Under the pieces are notes generated by a model. It saw only the letters and a list, made by a program, of their open reading frames with translations. It did not search any database and was not told the DNA's origin. Below, piece by piece: positions 55,003-64,000 of a stretch of DNA of 64,000 nt. Source of the stretch: a candidate division WOR-3 bacterium UBA6260 (GTDB lineage: Bacteria > Hydrothermota > 32-111); the NCBI GenBank assembly GCA_002441125.1, contig DJVI01000003.1, positions 153,383 to 217,382 on the forward strand, read 5' to 3'. Made by a program: the position numbers and the translations under genes. Position 1 is the stretch's first letter. Each line of letters begins with the position of its first letter.

Positions 55003-58000
55003 TCAACTATCTTTAGTCAACTCTTCCAATCTTAAAAAATTGTTATAATTTTTGAACTTTTCATAAAATTTTTCATAAATTTTCAAAGCCTCTTTCCTGA
55101 AATCTTCCCTCTTCGTCTTTTTGTAAAGAGTATAGTAAATTTCACCTTTTATACTCTCTTCATCATATTTAAAAATCAAATCTTTAACTTTATCTATAAA
55201 TTCATTCTCATCTTTTATTTCATAAAAAAGTTTCAAAAGAGTATATTTAACAAAATATTCCTCATATTCTTTTCTACTTTTTAAAAACTCTATCCCTTCA
55301 TCAAGAAGTTTTAAACCGTTTTCAAAGTCACCCATTTTAAGAAGGATTTCTCCTTTTAACAGCAAAGAATGATAGTAGTACTGTTTCAACTCAATTTCTT
55401 CCAAAAGTGATAAAGCTTCCTCTACATGTTTTAAAGAAAGTTCAAAAAGATTGTTTATAAAATATGTCTGTGATAGGTAATAGTTGTTTAAAGCTATACC
55501 CATCTTATCATCTATCTGTTTTGCAATTTCTATACTCTCTTTCAGGTATGAAACGGAAACATCAAAATCTCCAAGAAGTCCATAGAGTTGCCCCAAATTT
55601 GACAGAACGGTTCTTTTCCCTTTTCTATCCCCAAGATCTTCAGCTATCTTTAAAGATTCTTTATAGAATTCAGATTCTGCTACATAATCCCCTTTTATGT
55701 TGGCTATTCCTCCAAGGTTATTTAAAACTATCCTTATACTCTTTCTATCGTTCAACTCCCTCGAAATTTTAAGTTGTTTTGAAAAATAATCTTCAGCTTT
55801 TGTGTAATCTTTTAAGGAATAATAGAGAGCACCAAGATTTCCATAAAGATATGATAAAGGAGTTTTAGAGTTTACATCTTTCATAATTTTTTCGTTCTCA
55901 AGATAGTAAGATAATGCCTTTTCAAAATCCCCTTTCATCCAGTTTATAAGACCAAGATTTCCATAAACTGCATTTAAAGTTAAAAGTAGATTGTTCTTTT
56001 TGGCAACCTTTAAAACAACTTCATAATTTTTTACAGACTCATCGTAATCACCCATATCTTTGGCAATATTCCCTTTTGTTAAAAAAGCGTTAGCATAAGT
56101 TTCAGGATCACTATTTTCATCAACTATCTCTAAAATCTTCTCAACATTCTCCATAGCTTTTTTATATTCGTTCTTTCTCCACAATATTTGTCCCTTAATA
56201 CTCAAAATATCTGCTATTTTTTCTTTATCTTTGAACCTTACAAAAATTTCATAAGATTTATCAAGATATTTTTCACATTCTTCGTAAAATCCCATCTGGA
56301 AAAGAAGGTCACCATAATCTTTTAAAATTTCAGCTTTCAACTCATTTTCAGGATAATCAACGATTTCATTTAAGATCTGTTCATAATCTTTCTTAGCATC
56401 AATCCACATACCAAGTAACATTTCCATCCTTAAAAAATTTATTCTAATTGATAATTTTTCGGAAAAATCAAAAGCATAGTTTAAAGCTTTTTTATAAAAA
56501 TTCAAACCATCAGAGAAACGGAATTTTTTATGAGAATAATCACCAGATTTTCTATAAAAAATTTTTGCCTTTTCAAAATTTTCTCCTTTCTCATAATGGA
56601 AGGCTATGTCTTTAAACCTTTCCTCATCATTGATAAAGAGTTTTTCCATTACTTCACCAACAATCAGATGATACTCTTTCAACTTTTTTTTAAGTATCAT
56701 ATTGTATACTGTATCTTTTATAAGGGAGTGTTTGAATATGAGTTTAATCTCATTTATTTTCAATAGAATATTTTCCCTTGTTATCTTTTCTATACCTTCT
56801 TCAAAATCAGAAACATCAACAACCCTTTTTAAAACTTCATTTTCAACTTCGTAACCTATAACTGAAGATTTTTCAACCAAACTTTTCAGTTCAGCGTTCA
56901 ATCTGTCTATTCTTGCAATAATTATGGAACTTATTGTTGAAGGAATATTTTTAATCTCTTTGGATATCACATTCTTTCCGTTTTCATTTTTTATAAAATC
57001 GTTTTCAAGAAGATATATTGAAAACTGTTCAACATAGAATGGGTTACCTTCGGTTCTTTCAAAAATGAATCTCACAGTATCCTCTGATGGAGAAAAGATA
57101 AGCTGGTTTTCTATATAAGATTTACAACTCACATAATCAAAATTTTTAAGTTCAATCACTTGGACTGGAAATTTTTCATAAAGATTCAAAAGCTTTTTAC
57201 TCCCGTCATAATCGTACCTTGAAGTGAAAATTATCATAAATGGATAATTTTCAACCTCTCTTGAAAGTATCTCAAAAAACTGGTTACTCTTTTCATCCTG
57301 ATACTGAAGATCCTCTACGATTATAACCAAAGGTTTTTTCTGGCATAGAAATATAAAAAATTCTTTCAATGAAAAGAATATCTCTTCCTCTAAATTCTTC
57401 CTATTCAACTTATAAATGGCTGAATCCTGATCTACAAGGTTTAGCAAAAATTTAAAGGTTTCTTTTAAATTTTCTTTTGTTTTGCGATCTTCAAAAATCG
57501 TGTCAAAAATTTTTCTGTTCTCATTTTTTGAAAGAAACCTGTCCTGTTTAAAAAAATCGAACAAAAACCTTTTTATAGATGAGAACTCTTCTTTATCAAC
57601 ATTTTCGTTTTTGAAAATTAAAAACTGAAAATTCTCACTATTCCTTGAAACTATCTCAAAACAGATCCTTGATTTTCCAACACCAGCATCTCCAAAAATG
57701 TATACACATCCTCCATTTTTGCCTTCAGAAAGGAGTTTTAAAGAATTTTCAACTACTTCAATCTCTTTTTCCCTTCCAACTATCTCGTTTTCGAAATAAA
57801 TTTTTGTATCAAAAATCTCTTCATTTAAAACTTTGAAAATCTTTTCTTTTTCACTTTTTCCTTTTAACAACTTTTCTTTTTTAAAAACAGTTCTAAATGA
57901 AGTACCTAAAAATTCTTCGGTGAACCAATCCACACAAACCTCACCATAATCACTTTCAACCATTATCCTTGCGGATACATTCACTCTATCTCCCAAAACT

Positions 58001-58995
58001 GTATAGGTTGATCTTACCGGTGAACCTACATAACCTGCATAAACCTTACCATAAGTTAAGCCGCTTTTAATAAAATTTCTATATCTGTCGAGTTTCTTAT
58101 CATAAAAAAGCATCAAACCTCTTTTAAGATCATTCTCATAACTTTTGGGTGCACCAAAGATTATGAAAATTTTGCCTCCCTTATCTCCAAAATCCACAAG
58201 GTCAAAATAACCTTTATATTTTTTGGAAAGTTCAAAAACTGTTAGTAAAAACTCTTCCTGATCCTTTTCATCAACTCCATCAAAGGAAATGAACATTGAT
58301 GCAACATCCCTGAACTCTCCTCCAAACTCTTTCGGAAGATCTGTATATATAAAACTTTTCAAAATTTTTTCATCGATTTCTTCACTATTTAATTCACCTT
58401 CTTTTTTAAAAATATCTTTTTTACCATTATATTTGTAAACATCTTTAAAATTTGTAAAAAGTTCTTCTGAAAAAAATTTTTTTGCTTCAAGTGAAAAAAC
58501 CGCTTCATTTTCACCACAAAATTTTTCCATTTTTGCTGCAACATTTATAGGTTCACCTTTAAAATAATAAATTTTCTCCACATCTCCTAAAATTGCCCAT
58601 TCAAGATCCCCAAAGGAAACACCAATTTTAAAGGATAATTCAAATTCTCCATCTAAAGTCTTTATCCTCCCCTTCTCTTTTGAAAAGGCTAATATAGAAT
58701 CTACAATATCTATCAAACCACTGTAACCATCTTCCTTTATAACACCTGTAAAAGCATCTCCAGCAAAATTTAAAATATCCCCACCTTTCAAGTAAACAAT
58801 TTTTATCAGTTCTCCAAAAAATGAGTTTATAATTTCAGAAAGTGTTTCACTCCCTTTAAAATCATTTTTCATCAAATTTTCAGTAATGTTTGTGAAACCT
58901 TTTATGTCAACAAAAAAAACAAAAAACTCATCCTTTCCCTTTGGCTGGTTATTTCTTATTTTTTCAAAAATTAAATCAGGAATTATTTTAAACAT
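55003..58995 (-). CDS. Class III adenylate cyclase (tandem C1-C2) + P-loop NTPase + TPR; soluble-AC-like architecture
   Basis: C1 VDIKGFT and FAGDA; C2 GDKG, FGAP, YTVLGDRVNVSARIM; P-loop VGREKE..GDAGVGKSR; GNPFY; many TPRs. Confidence 0.9.
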   Translation of the reverse strand: MFKIIPDLIFEKIRNNQPKGKDEFFVFFVDIKGFTNITENLMKNDFKGSETLSEIINSFFGELIKIVYLKGGDILNFAGDAFTGVIKEDGYSGLIDIVDSILAFSKEKGRIKTLDGEFELSFKIGVSFGDLEWAILGDVEKIYYFKGEPINVAAKMEKFCGENEAVFSLEAKKFFSEELFTNFKDVYKYNGKKDIFKKEGELNSEEIDEKILKSFIYTDLPKEFGGEFRDVASMFISFDGVDEKDQEEFLLTVFELSKKYKGYFDLVDFGDKGGKIFIIFGAPKSYENDLKRGLMLFYDKKLDRYRNFIKSGLTYGKVYAGYVGSPVRSTYTVLGDRVNVSARIMVESDYGEVCVDWFTEEFLGTSFRTVFKKEKLLKGKSEKEKIFKVLNEEIFDTKIYFENEIVGREKEIEVVENSLKLLSEGKNGGCVYIFGDAGVGKSRICFEIVSRNSENFQFLIFKNENVDKEEFSSIKRFLFDFFKQDRFLSKNENRKIFDTIFEDRKTKENLKETFKFLLNLVDQDSAIYKLNRKNLEEEIFFSLKEFFIFLCQKKPLVIIVEDLQYQDEKSNQFFEILSREVENYPFMIIFTSRYDYDGSKKLLNLYEKFPVQVIELKNFDYVSCKSYIENQLIFSPSEDTVRFIFERTEGNPFYVEQFSIYLLENDFIKNENGKNVISKEIKNIPSTISSIIIARIDRLNAELKSLVEKSSVIGYEVENEVLKRVVDVSDFEEGIEKITRENILLKINEIKLIFKHSLIKDTVYNMILKKKLKEYHLIVGEVMEKLFINDEERFKDIAFHYEKGENFEKAKIFYRKSGDYSHKKFRFSDGLNFYKKALNYAFDFSEKLSIRINFLRMEMLLGMWIDAKKDYEQILNEIVDYPENELKAEILKDYGDLLFQMGFYEECEKYLDKSYEIFVRFKDKEKIADILSIKGQILWRKNEYKKAMENVEKILEIVDENSDPETYANAFLTKGNIAKDMGDYDESVKNYEVVLKVAKKNNLLLTLNAVYGNLGLINWMKGDFEKALSYYLENEKIMKDVNSKTPLSYLYGNLGALYYSLKDYTKAEDYFSKQLKISRELNDRKSIRIVLNNLGGIANIKGDYVAESEFYKESLKIAEDLGDRKGKRTVLSNLGQLYGLLGDFDVSVSYLKESIEIAKQIDDKMGIALNNYYLSQTYFINNLFELSLKHVEEALSLLEEIELKQYYYHSLLLKGEILLKMGDFENGLKLLDEGIEFLKSRKEYEEYFVKYTLLKLFYEIKDENEFIDKVKDLIFKYDEESIKGEIYYTLYKKTKREDFRKEALKIYEKFYEKFKNYNNFLRLEELTKDS

Positions 58996-59001
58996 AAGAA
59001 T

Positions 59002-59028
59002 AAAAAAGGGGTATCAAAAGATACCCCT
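59002..59028 (-). terminator. Intrinsic terminator
   Basis: Minus strand AGGGGTATC-TTTT-GATACCCCT followed by TTTTT. Confidence 0.8.
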
Positions 59029-59050
59029 AAAAATTTTCAATCGAAGCAGA

Positions 59051-59128
59051 TTATTTTTTCTTAGTTGTTTTTTTTGGTGCTGCTTTTTTTGTTGTTTTTT
59101 TTGCACAACCAGCTTTTTTTGTTGCCAC
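59051..59128 (-). CDS. 25-aa Lys/Ala/Thr-rich histone-H1-like micro-protein (not in ORF track)
   Basis: GTG start 4 nt after AGGAGG; MATKKAGCAKKTTKKAAPKKTTKKK*; own promoter and terminator. Confidence 0.7.
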   Translation of the reverse strand: MATKKAGCAKKTTKKAAPKKTTKKK

Positions 59129-59259
59129 ATTTCCTCCTTTCGTGACTTTTGGTTTATCTTTTACAAAAATTTGGTCAAAAAAATCAAACATCTAAATACC
59201 CTCTTATTTTGCTTAAAAATATTTTTTTCGGGAATTATTTTTTAACCTCATCGAGATTT

Positions 59260-59288
59260 ATTATATACTTTCAGGTTACAAAAGTCAA
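59260..59288 (-). promoter_or_regulatory. Sigma70 promoter of the micro-protein gene
   Basis: TTGACT (59288-59283)-N17-TATAAT (59265-59260). Confidence 0.7.
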
Positions 59289-60616
59289 TAGTTTATATCA
59301 TACTTTTTCATTTTATACCTTATAACTCTCTCTGAAGTTTTTAAATATAAAGCTGTGTCTTTAACGGAGTGGTTATTTTTTTCAAGGGCATCAATTATTA
59401 ATTTTTTTTCAAAATCTGAAACCATTTCCTCAAAAGAATCGAAATTTTTCTTTTCATTATTTTCTGTTTTTTCAACAACTATATCGTTCTCTTGAATAAT
59501 CTCACCATTCCCAAGTATAACAGCCCTTTGAATTATATTCTGCAACTCTCTAACATTTCCCGGATAAGAATAGCTTAACAGTTTTTCAAAAGCTTTTTTT
59601 GAAAAGTTTTTAAATCTTTTGTTATTCTCTTTAGAATATTTGTTCAAAAAAAATAGTGCCAACTTTTCAATATCCTCTTTCCTTTCTCTCAAAGGTGGAA
59701 TTTTTAAAGTTATAACATTCAATCTGAAATAAAGATCCTCTCTGAATTTTTTTTCCTCTATGAGTTTCAAAAGATCCTGATTGGTTGCTGAAATAACTCT
59801 AACATCAACTTTTATTCTCTCATTTCCTCCGACCCTTTCAAATTCTCTCTCCTGTAAAACTCTCAAAAGTTTAACTTGCATGTTCAACGATACATCTCCT
59901 ATTTCATCAAGGAATATGGTTCCCTTATGTGCAATTTCAAACCTTCCCTTTCTTCTTTCATATGCACCAGTGAAAGCGCCTTTTTCATAACCGAAAAGTT
60001 CAGTTTCAAGAAGATTCTCATTAAGTGCTCCACAGTTTACAGCAACAAAAAGTTTATCTTTTCTGCTACTGAAAGAATGGATCATCTTTGCTACCAGCTC
60101 TTTACCTGTTCCACTCTCACCAACAATAAGGATGTTAGCGTTTGAGTTAGCTATCTTTTTTACATTTTCAACAACTTCCTTCATCTTTTCAGACCCATAG
60201 ACGAATTCAGAGAATTCCTCCCTCTCTTTAAGCATCATATTTTCATTCTGAACATCTATTATCTTTTCAATCTTTTCTATCTTTATCTGGAGATCGTCGA
60301 GATTTATAGGTTTTTGGATATAATCATAGCCACCATTCTTTAAAATGTAAACCGAATCCTCAACAGAGGAATATGCTGTTATAAGTATAAAGAAAGTTTT
60401 CAAATTTTTTTCATTGATAAAATCGAGAATATCTTTGCCGCTTCCATCGTTTAGTTTCATATCGGAAATAACTATATCAAAACTTTTTTTGCTAATGAGT
60501 TCCTTTGCATTCTTAACAGAATCAGATTCACTAACTCTATGTTCAAGACCTTTTAAAAAATCGGACAGATTTTTTCTCTGTATCTTCTCATCCTCTACAA
60601 GAAGTATTTCAACCAT
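59285..60616 (-). CDS. Sigma54-dependent NtrC-family response regulator
   Basis: Receiver ILLVEDE/ISDMKL, GESGTGKELVA, GAFTGA, FLDEIGD, RVGG, FREDLYFRLNV, PGNVRELQN, Fis-type HTH. Confidence 0.96.
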   Translation of the reverse strand: MVEILLVEDEKIQRKNLSDFLKGLEHRVSESDSVKNAKELISKKSFDIVISDMKLNDGSGKDILDFINEKNLKTFFILITAYSSVEDSVYILKNGGYDYIQKPINLDDLQIKIEKIEKIIDVQNENMMLKEREEFSEFVYGSEKMKEVVENVKKIANSNANILIVGESGTGKELVAKMIHSFSSRKDKLFVAVNCGALNENLLETELFGYEKGAFTGAYERRKGRFEIAHKGTIFLDEIGDVSLNMQVKLLRVLQEREFERVGGNERIKVDVRVISATNQDLLKLIEEKKFREDLYFRLNVITLKIPPLRERKEDIEKLALFFLNKYSKENNKRFKNFSKKAFEKLLSYSYPGNVRELQNIIQRAVILGNGEIIQENDIVVEKTENNEKKNFDSFEEMVSDFEKKLIIDALEKNNHSVKDTALYLKTSERVIRYKMKKYDINY

Positions 60617-62408
60617 CTTTCATTTCCTCCATAAAAATTTTTATTTTTGTCCCAACCCCCTTTTCAGATTCAACTTCTATTTTACCTTTATGATCCTCTA
60701 TTATCCTTTTCGCTGTTGCCAAACCTATCCCGGAGCCATTCTCTTTTGTTGTATAGAAAAGATCAAAGATTTTTTCTTTCTGATCGTATTCCATTCCTAT
60801 ACCATGATCAATAATCTCTATTAAAACTTTTCCATCTTCAGAATCAACTTTTATTTCAACACTTTTTCCTTCAGTTGATGCTTCTATTCCATTCAAAACT
60901 ATATTTTTGAAAGCAATGTTCAACATCTGTCTATCACCAAATAAAAATTTATCACCTTCTGAAATAAACTTTATTCCGATTTTCCTTTCATCAAGCAAAA
61001 TTTTTAGTGATCTTATTATTTCCTCAAAAGTTTCCCTCAAGGAGACCTTTTCAAACCTGTACTGATAAGGTTTTGAAAATCTTGTAAACTCTATTATCCT
61101 TTTATTCATTCTTTCAACTTCATCGAGAGCTTCCTTCAACATAACTTTTTCATCACCATCAAAAAAGTTCTTTCTCATCATCCTTTGCAAGATAATAGAT
61201 ATACCATTCAATGGATTTTTTAACTCATGAGAAATTCTGAAAGTCATTTCTCCAAGCCGTGATTGGAATTCCATCCTTTTCTTTTCCTCTTTCAAATTTT
61301 CAAATTCAGTAATATCTTTTATATATAGAACCAATTTTTTGTTATCCGATGTTTTAGTAGATGAAACGAGAAATTTATAATTTTTATGAATGACCTGCAA
61401 ATCTTTTACCTCTTTCAAATTCTCAGCAATATCTTTTATTCCTTCTATTTCAAGCAAAGAAAATTTGAATTTCTTTTCAAATCTGTTATCGAAACTTTTA
61501 ATCTCTCTATCATCGATATTCTCAATAAAAACAAACTCGTCAAGAAGTGACATTATCTTCAATTTTTCGCTACTCTCTTCCAAAAGTTTTTGTGAAAGTC
61601 GAATGTTGTTGGAGTAGAAAGATAAAATAGCTATCAAAAGAACAAAAAGTGAAAAAGTAAAAAACAGATTGGTCAAAAAATTTATCATGTTCCCTTTCTT
61701 TAACCTATTAATCTCATCCGTTCCAAATCCTACCCTTAAAAGTAGATTTTCATCTTTAACAGGTTTTATTATCTCAAAAACTTTCCTGCCTTCAAAATAA
61801 TGTATCCTGAAAGTATCAACCCTTTCAAAAAATGAATACATTAAAAGAGAGTCAAAAAAGATACTTTTCATCTGATTAACATTGAATGAAGCGTAAATTA
61901 TACCGAAATTATCCTGAAAAAGAATGTATTCTATTTCCGGTAAGGATGAAAGATCGTCCAAATAGTTTTTAAGACCACCCTCTTTCAAAAGATTTCTAAA
62001 ATTATCTTTCGATCTTGATATCCTGTACAAACCTTTTTGATCCTTTTCATAAATTACAAAAGAATCCTTGTTATAATTTTCAGAAAAAGAGAAACCTTCA
62101 GTGAAAAGACCCCCTTTAAAAAGGTTTTTAAAATTATTTTTATATAAGTATTTTTCTTTATTTTTTTCAACATCGAAAACCATCTCGTTAAAAATGAATT
62201 TCTCTATGGAAACTATATTCTGTGAAACATTTTTATATGTTTTGCCTATAATATCTGTTATGATTTCAGATCTTGTTAAAAATTCTTTTTCAAGTGATCT
62301 TTTTTTTGAAATGAATTCAAATGTTTGAAAGAATATCAAAACCAAAAGTATAAGAAAAAGTAAAAGGGTTTGAAAATTTTTTATGTTTAAAATATTTTTC
62401 GATTTCAT
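60609..62408 (-). CDS. Membrane sensor histidine kinase
   Basis: Two TM helices, H-box SHELKNPL, N-box NIVLNGIEA, DHGIG, FYTTKENGSGIGLA. Confidence 0.93.
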   Translation of the reverse strand: MKSKNILNIKNFQTLLLFLILLVLIFFQTFEFISKKRSLEKEFLTRSEIITDIIGKTYKNVSQNIVSIEKFIFNEMVFDVEKNKEKYLYKNNFKNLFKGGLFTEGFSFSENYNKDSFVIYEKDQKGLYRISRSKDNFRNLLKEGGLKNYLDDLSSLPEIEYILFQDNFGIIYASFNVNQMKSIFFDSLLMYSFFERVDTFRIHYFEGRKVFEIIKPVKDENLLLRVGFGTDEINRLKKGNMINFLTNLFFTFSLFVLLIAILSFYSNNIRLSQKLLEESSEKLKIMSLLDEFVFIENIDDREIKSFDNRFEKKFKFSLLEIEGIKDIAENLKEVKDLQVIHKNYKFLVSSTKTSDNKKLVLYIKDITEFENLKEEKKRMEFQSRLGEMTFRISHELKNPLNGISIILQRMMRKNFFDGDEKVMLKEALDEVERMNKRIIEFTRFSKPYQYRFEKVSLRETFEEIIRSLKILLDERKIGIKFISEGDKFLFGDRQMLNIAFKNIVLNGIEASTEGKSVEIKVDSEDGKVLIEIIDHGIGMEYDQKEKIFDLFYTTKENGSGIGLATAKRIIEDHKGKIEVESEKGVGTKIKIFMEEMKDG

Positions 62409-62417
62409 AGTTATAGG

Positions 62418-62446
62418 TTGACTTAAAATATTATTTTATATAGAAT
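62418..62446 (+). promoter_or_regulatory. Sigma70 promoter of fba-dgt
   Basis: TTGACT-N17-TAGAAT. Confidence 0.65.
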
Positions 62447-62490
62447 ATTATAGTATGGAAAAAAAATAAATCAAATGGAAAGGAGTTCTT

Positions 62491-63543
62491 ATGGATTTTG
62501 CAAAATACAAAAATGATCTTATTCTAAAAAAACTTGGAAGCAGATCAAGCATAAATCTTATCTCAAGTAAGGAGATGTTCAACAGAATCAAAGAAATCCC
62601 TGTTATTATAATGGCTTGCAACATAAGAATAAAACATGTTGTTCCCGGAATAATGAAGGCAAGTGAAGAGTTGAACTCCATAATTGGTTTTGAACTTGCA
62701 AAATCTGAAGGTGATCTTTCCGGTGGATACACAGGTCAAACTCCTGAAGATTTTGTCAACATGTTACTCGATTATGCTGATAAGTATAAATTTTCAATGC
62801 CATTTTTCATACATGCCGATCACATTACAGTTAAAGATACGAGTGAAAAAAATGTTGAGGGAGCAAAAAAACTTATATATGCCCAGATAAAAGCAGGGTT
62901 TACATCTTTTGCCATCGATGCTTCTTTCAATGAAATACCCGACAATATAAAGATAACAACTTACCTCTCAAAAGAAATAGTTGATAACGGATTTGGACTT
63001 GAAACGGAAGTAGGAGAGGTTAAATCAACAGGTCAGGAGGCTGAGATTACAACTGTTGAAGAGGCTGTAGAATACATTGAAGGATTAAAAAGCAATAATG
63101 TTTTTCCACAACTTCTTGCTATAAACAATGGATCAAAACATGGTAACTATAAACCGGGGGAAGAGGTTCACATAGATCTCAAAAGAACTCTTGATATATA
63201 TAACGCGATCAAAAAACATAATGTATGCATAGCACAACATGGAATAACCGGAACACCTTTGAACATAATTGGACAGTTTGCTGATTGTGGAATAAGAAAA
63301 GGGAATGTTGGAACAGAATGGCAAAATATTGCACATAGAGGTCTTCCACCTGAACTTATGGCAAAAATGAAAATGTGGGCAGAAAACAATGGTAAAGATA
63401 TAAAATTCGCTACAAAAGAGTTTAAAAAAGAGATTGATGATATACCTTCAGAATACTCACAGAAGATAATGGATGAGGCATATATCAAAACAAAAGAGTT
63501 CATTTTGGCGTTCAGAAGTAAAGATAGTGCAAACCTTTTATAA
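62491..63543 (+). CDS. fba: Class II fructose-bisphosphate aldolase family protein
   Basis: [45 protein letters not shown]. Confidence 0.8.
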   Translation: MDFAKYKNDLILKKLGSRSSINLISSKEMFNRIKEIPVIIMACNIRIKHVVPGIMKASEELNSIIGFELAKSEGDLSGGYTGQTPEDFVNMLLDYADKYKFSMPFFIHADHITVKDTSEKNVEGAKKLIYAQIKAGFTSFAIDASFNEIPDNIKITTYLSKEIVDNGFGLETEVGEVKSTGQEAEITTVEEAVEYIEGLKSNNVFPQLLAINNGSKHGNYKPGEEVHIDLKRTLDIYNAIKKHNVCIAQHGITGTPLNIIGQFADCGIRKGNVGTEWQNIAHRGLPPELMAKMKMWAENNGKDIKFATKEFKKEIDDIPSEYSQKIMDEAYIKTKEFILAFRSKDSANLL

Positions 63544-63548
63544 AAAAT

Positions 63549-64000
63549 ATGAAAACTGTTGATCAACTACTCAGAGAAGAAAAACAGATACTTGCCCCTT
63601 ATGCTGTTTTCTCTTCAGAATCCAAAGGAAGAAAATATGAAATAGGACAATCAAGACATAGGACTCCATTCCAGAGAGATAGGGACAGGATAATACACTG
63701 CCAGGCATTCCGTAGACTCGAGTATAAAACACAGGTTTTTGTTAACCACGAAGGGGATTATTATAGAACAAGATTAACACACACTATAGAGGTTGCCCAG
63801 ATAGCTAAATCAATTGCAAAATCTTTAAGATTGAATGAGGATCTTGCTGAAGCGATATCTTTAGCTCACGATATTGGTCACACCCCTTTCGGTCATGCTG
63901 GAGAGAAAGCACTCCATGAGATAATGGAAGATTTTGGCGGTTTTGAACACAACTCTCAATCTTTAAGGGTAGTAGATTACCTTGAAGAGAGATATAACGA
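63549..64000 (+). CDS. dgt: Deoxyguanosinetriphosphate triphosphohydrolase (HD family), 5' part, truncated by window edge
   Basis: My translation: [78 protein letters not shown]. Confidence 0.93.
   Translation, partial: MKTVDQLLREEKQILAPYAVFSSESKGRKYEIGQSRHRTPFQRDRDRIIHCQAFRRLEYKTQVFVNHEGDYYRTRLTHTIEVAQIAKSIAKSLRLNEDLAEAISLAHDIGHTPFGHAGEKALHEIMEDFGGFEHNSQSLRVVDYLEERYN

Noticed and set aside
59014-59130. Alternative ATG frame (MWQQKKLVVQKK...) over the micro-gene, in frame with the cyclase across one TGA
   Set aside because: The ATG is only 2 nt from the SD, the frame runs into the terminator stem, and an in-frame coincidence has a 1-in-3 chance; the GTG frame fits better.
372-63566. Numerous short antisense or overlapping ORFs in the ORF track (e.g. 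2969-3382, 3718-4167, 12973-13320, 34926-35489, 40085-40840, 60414-60824)
   Set aside because: They are shadows of well-supported opposite-strand genes, with F/S/L/I-rich composition typical of antisense frames and no SD or motifs.
63549-64000. dGTPase as anti-phage defence gene
   Set aside because: The sequence looks like the ordinary housekeeping dgt type, co-transcribed with fba, with no defence context visible.

Overview
This window is from an AT-rich (roughly 30% G+C by eye), densely packed bacterial chromosome. The organism is diderm (PilQ secretin, SurA/PpiD-like chaperone) and probably anaerobic; the lineage cannot be fixed from the sequence alone. Most genes lie on the minus strand. 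Housekeeping genes include recX/recA/thpR/cinA/pgpA, efp, plsY, eno-ftsB, gatCAB, pcrA, valS, tyrS, nadA, fba, dgt, tRNA-Val(TAC) and tRNA-Met(CAT). No CRISPR array, rRNA, integrase or transposase was seen. Five things stand out. (1) A 14-kb apparent operon joins a PilT/PilU motor, an MglA GTPase without MglB, a tandem DnaA-like AAA+ protein, a DUF4388-MshEN-TPR protein and CheR/CheD/CheB/CheW without CheA, MCP or CheY, and runs into pgpA-cinA-thpR-recA-recX; pilMNOPQ lies just upstream. (2) Three DnaA boxes sit in the AT-rich intergenic region containing the pil promoter. (3) An unannotated but complete transcription unit encodes a 25-aa histone-H1-like peptide. (4) An uncharacterised DUF5320/ferredoxin/NifX-like/2x Fe-S ATPase/radical SAM operon carries tandem TTAG-N6-CTAA operators. 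(5) There are a soluble-adenylyl-cyclase-like STAND protein, a ceramide-synthase-like GNAT, and tRNAs embedded in protein-coding context. All family assignments come from motif recognition by eye; no database search was run.
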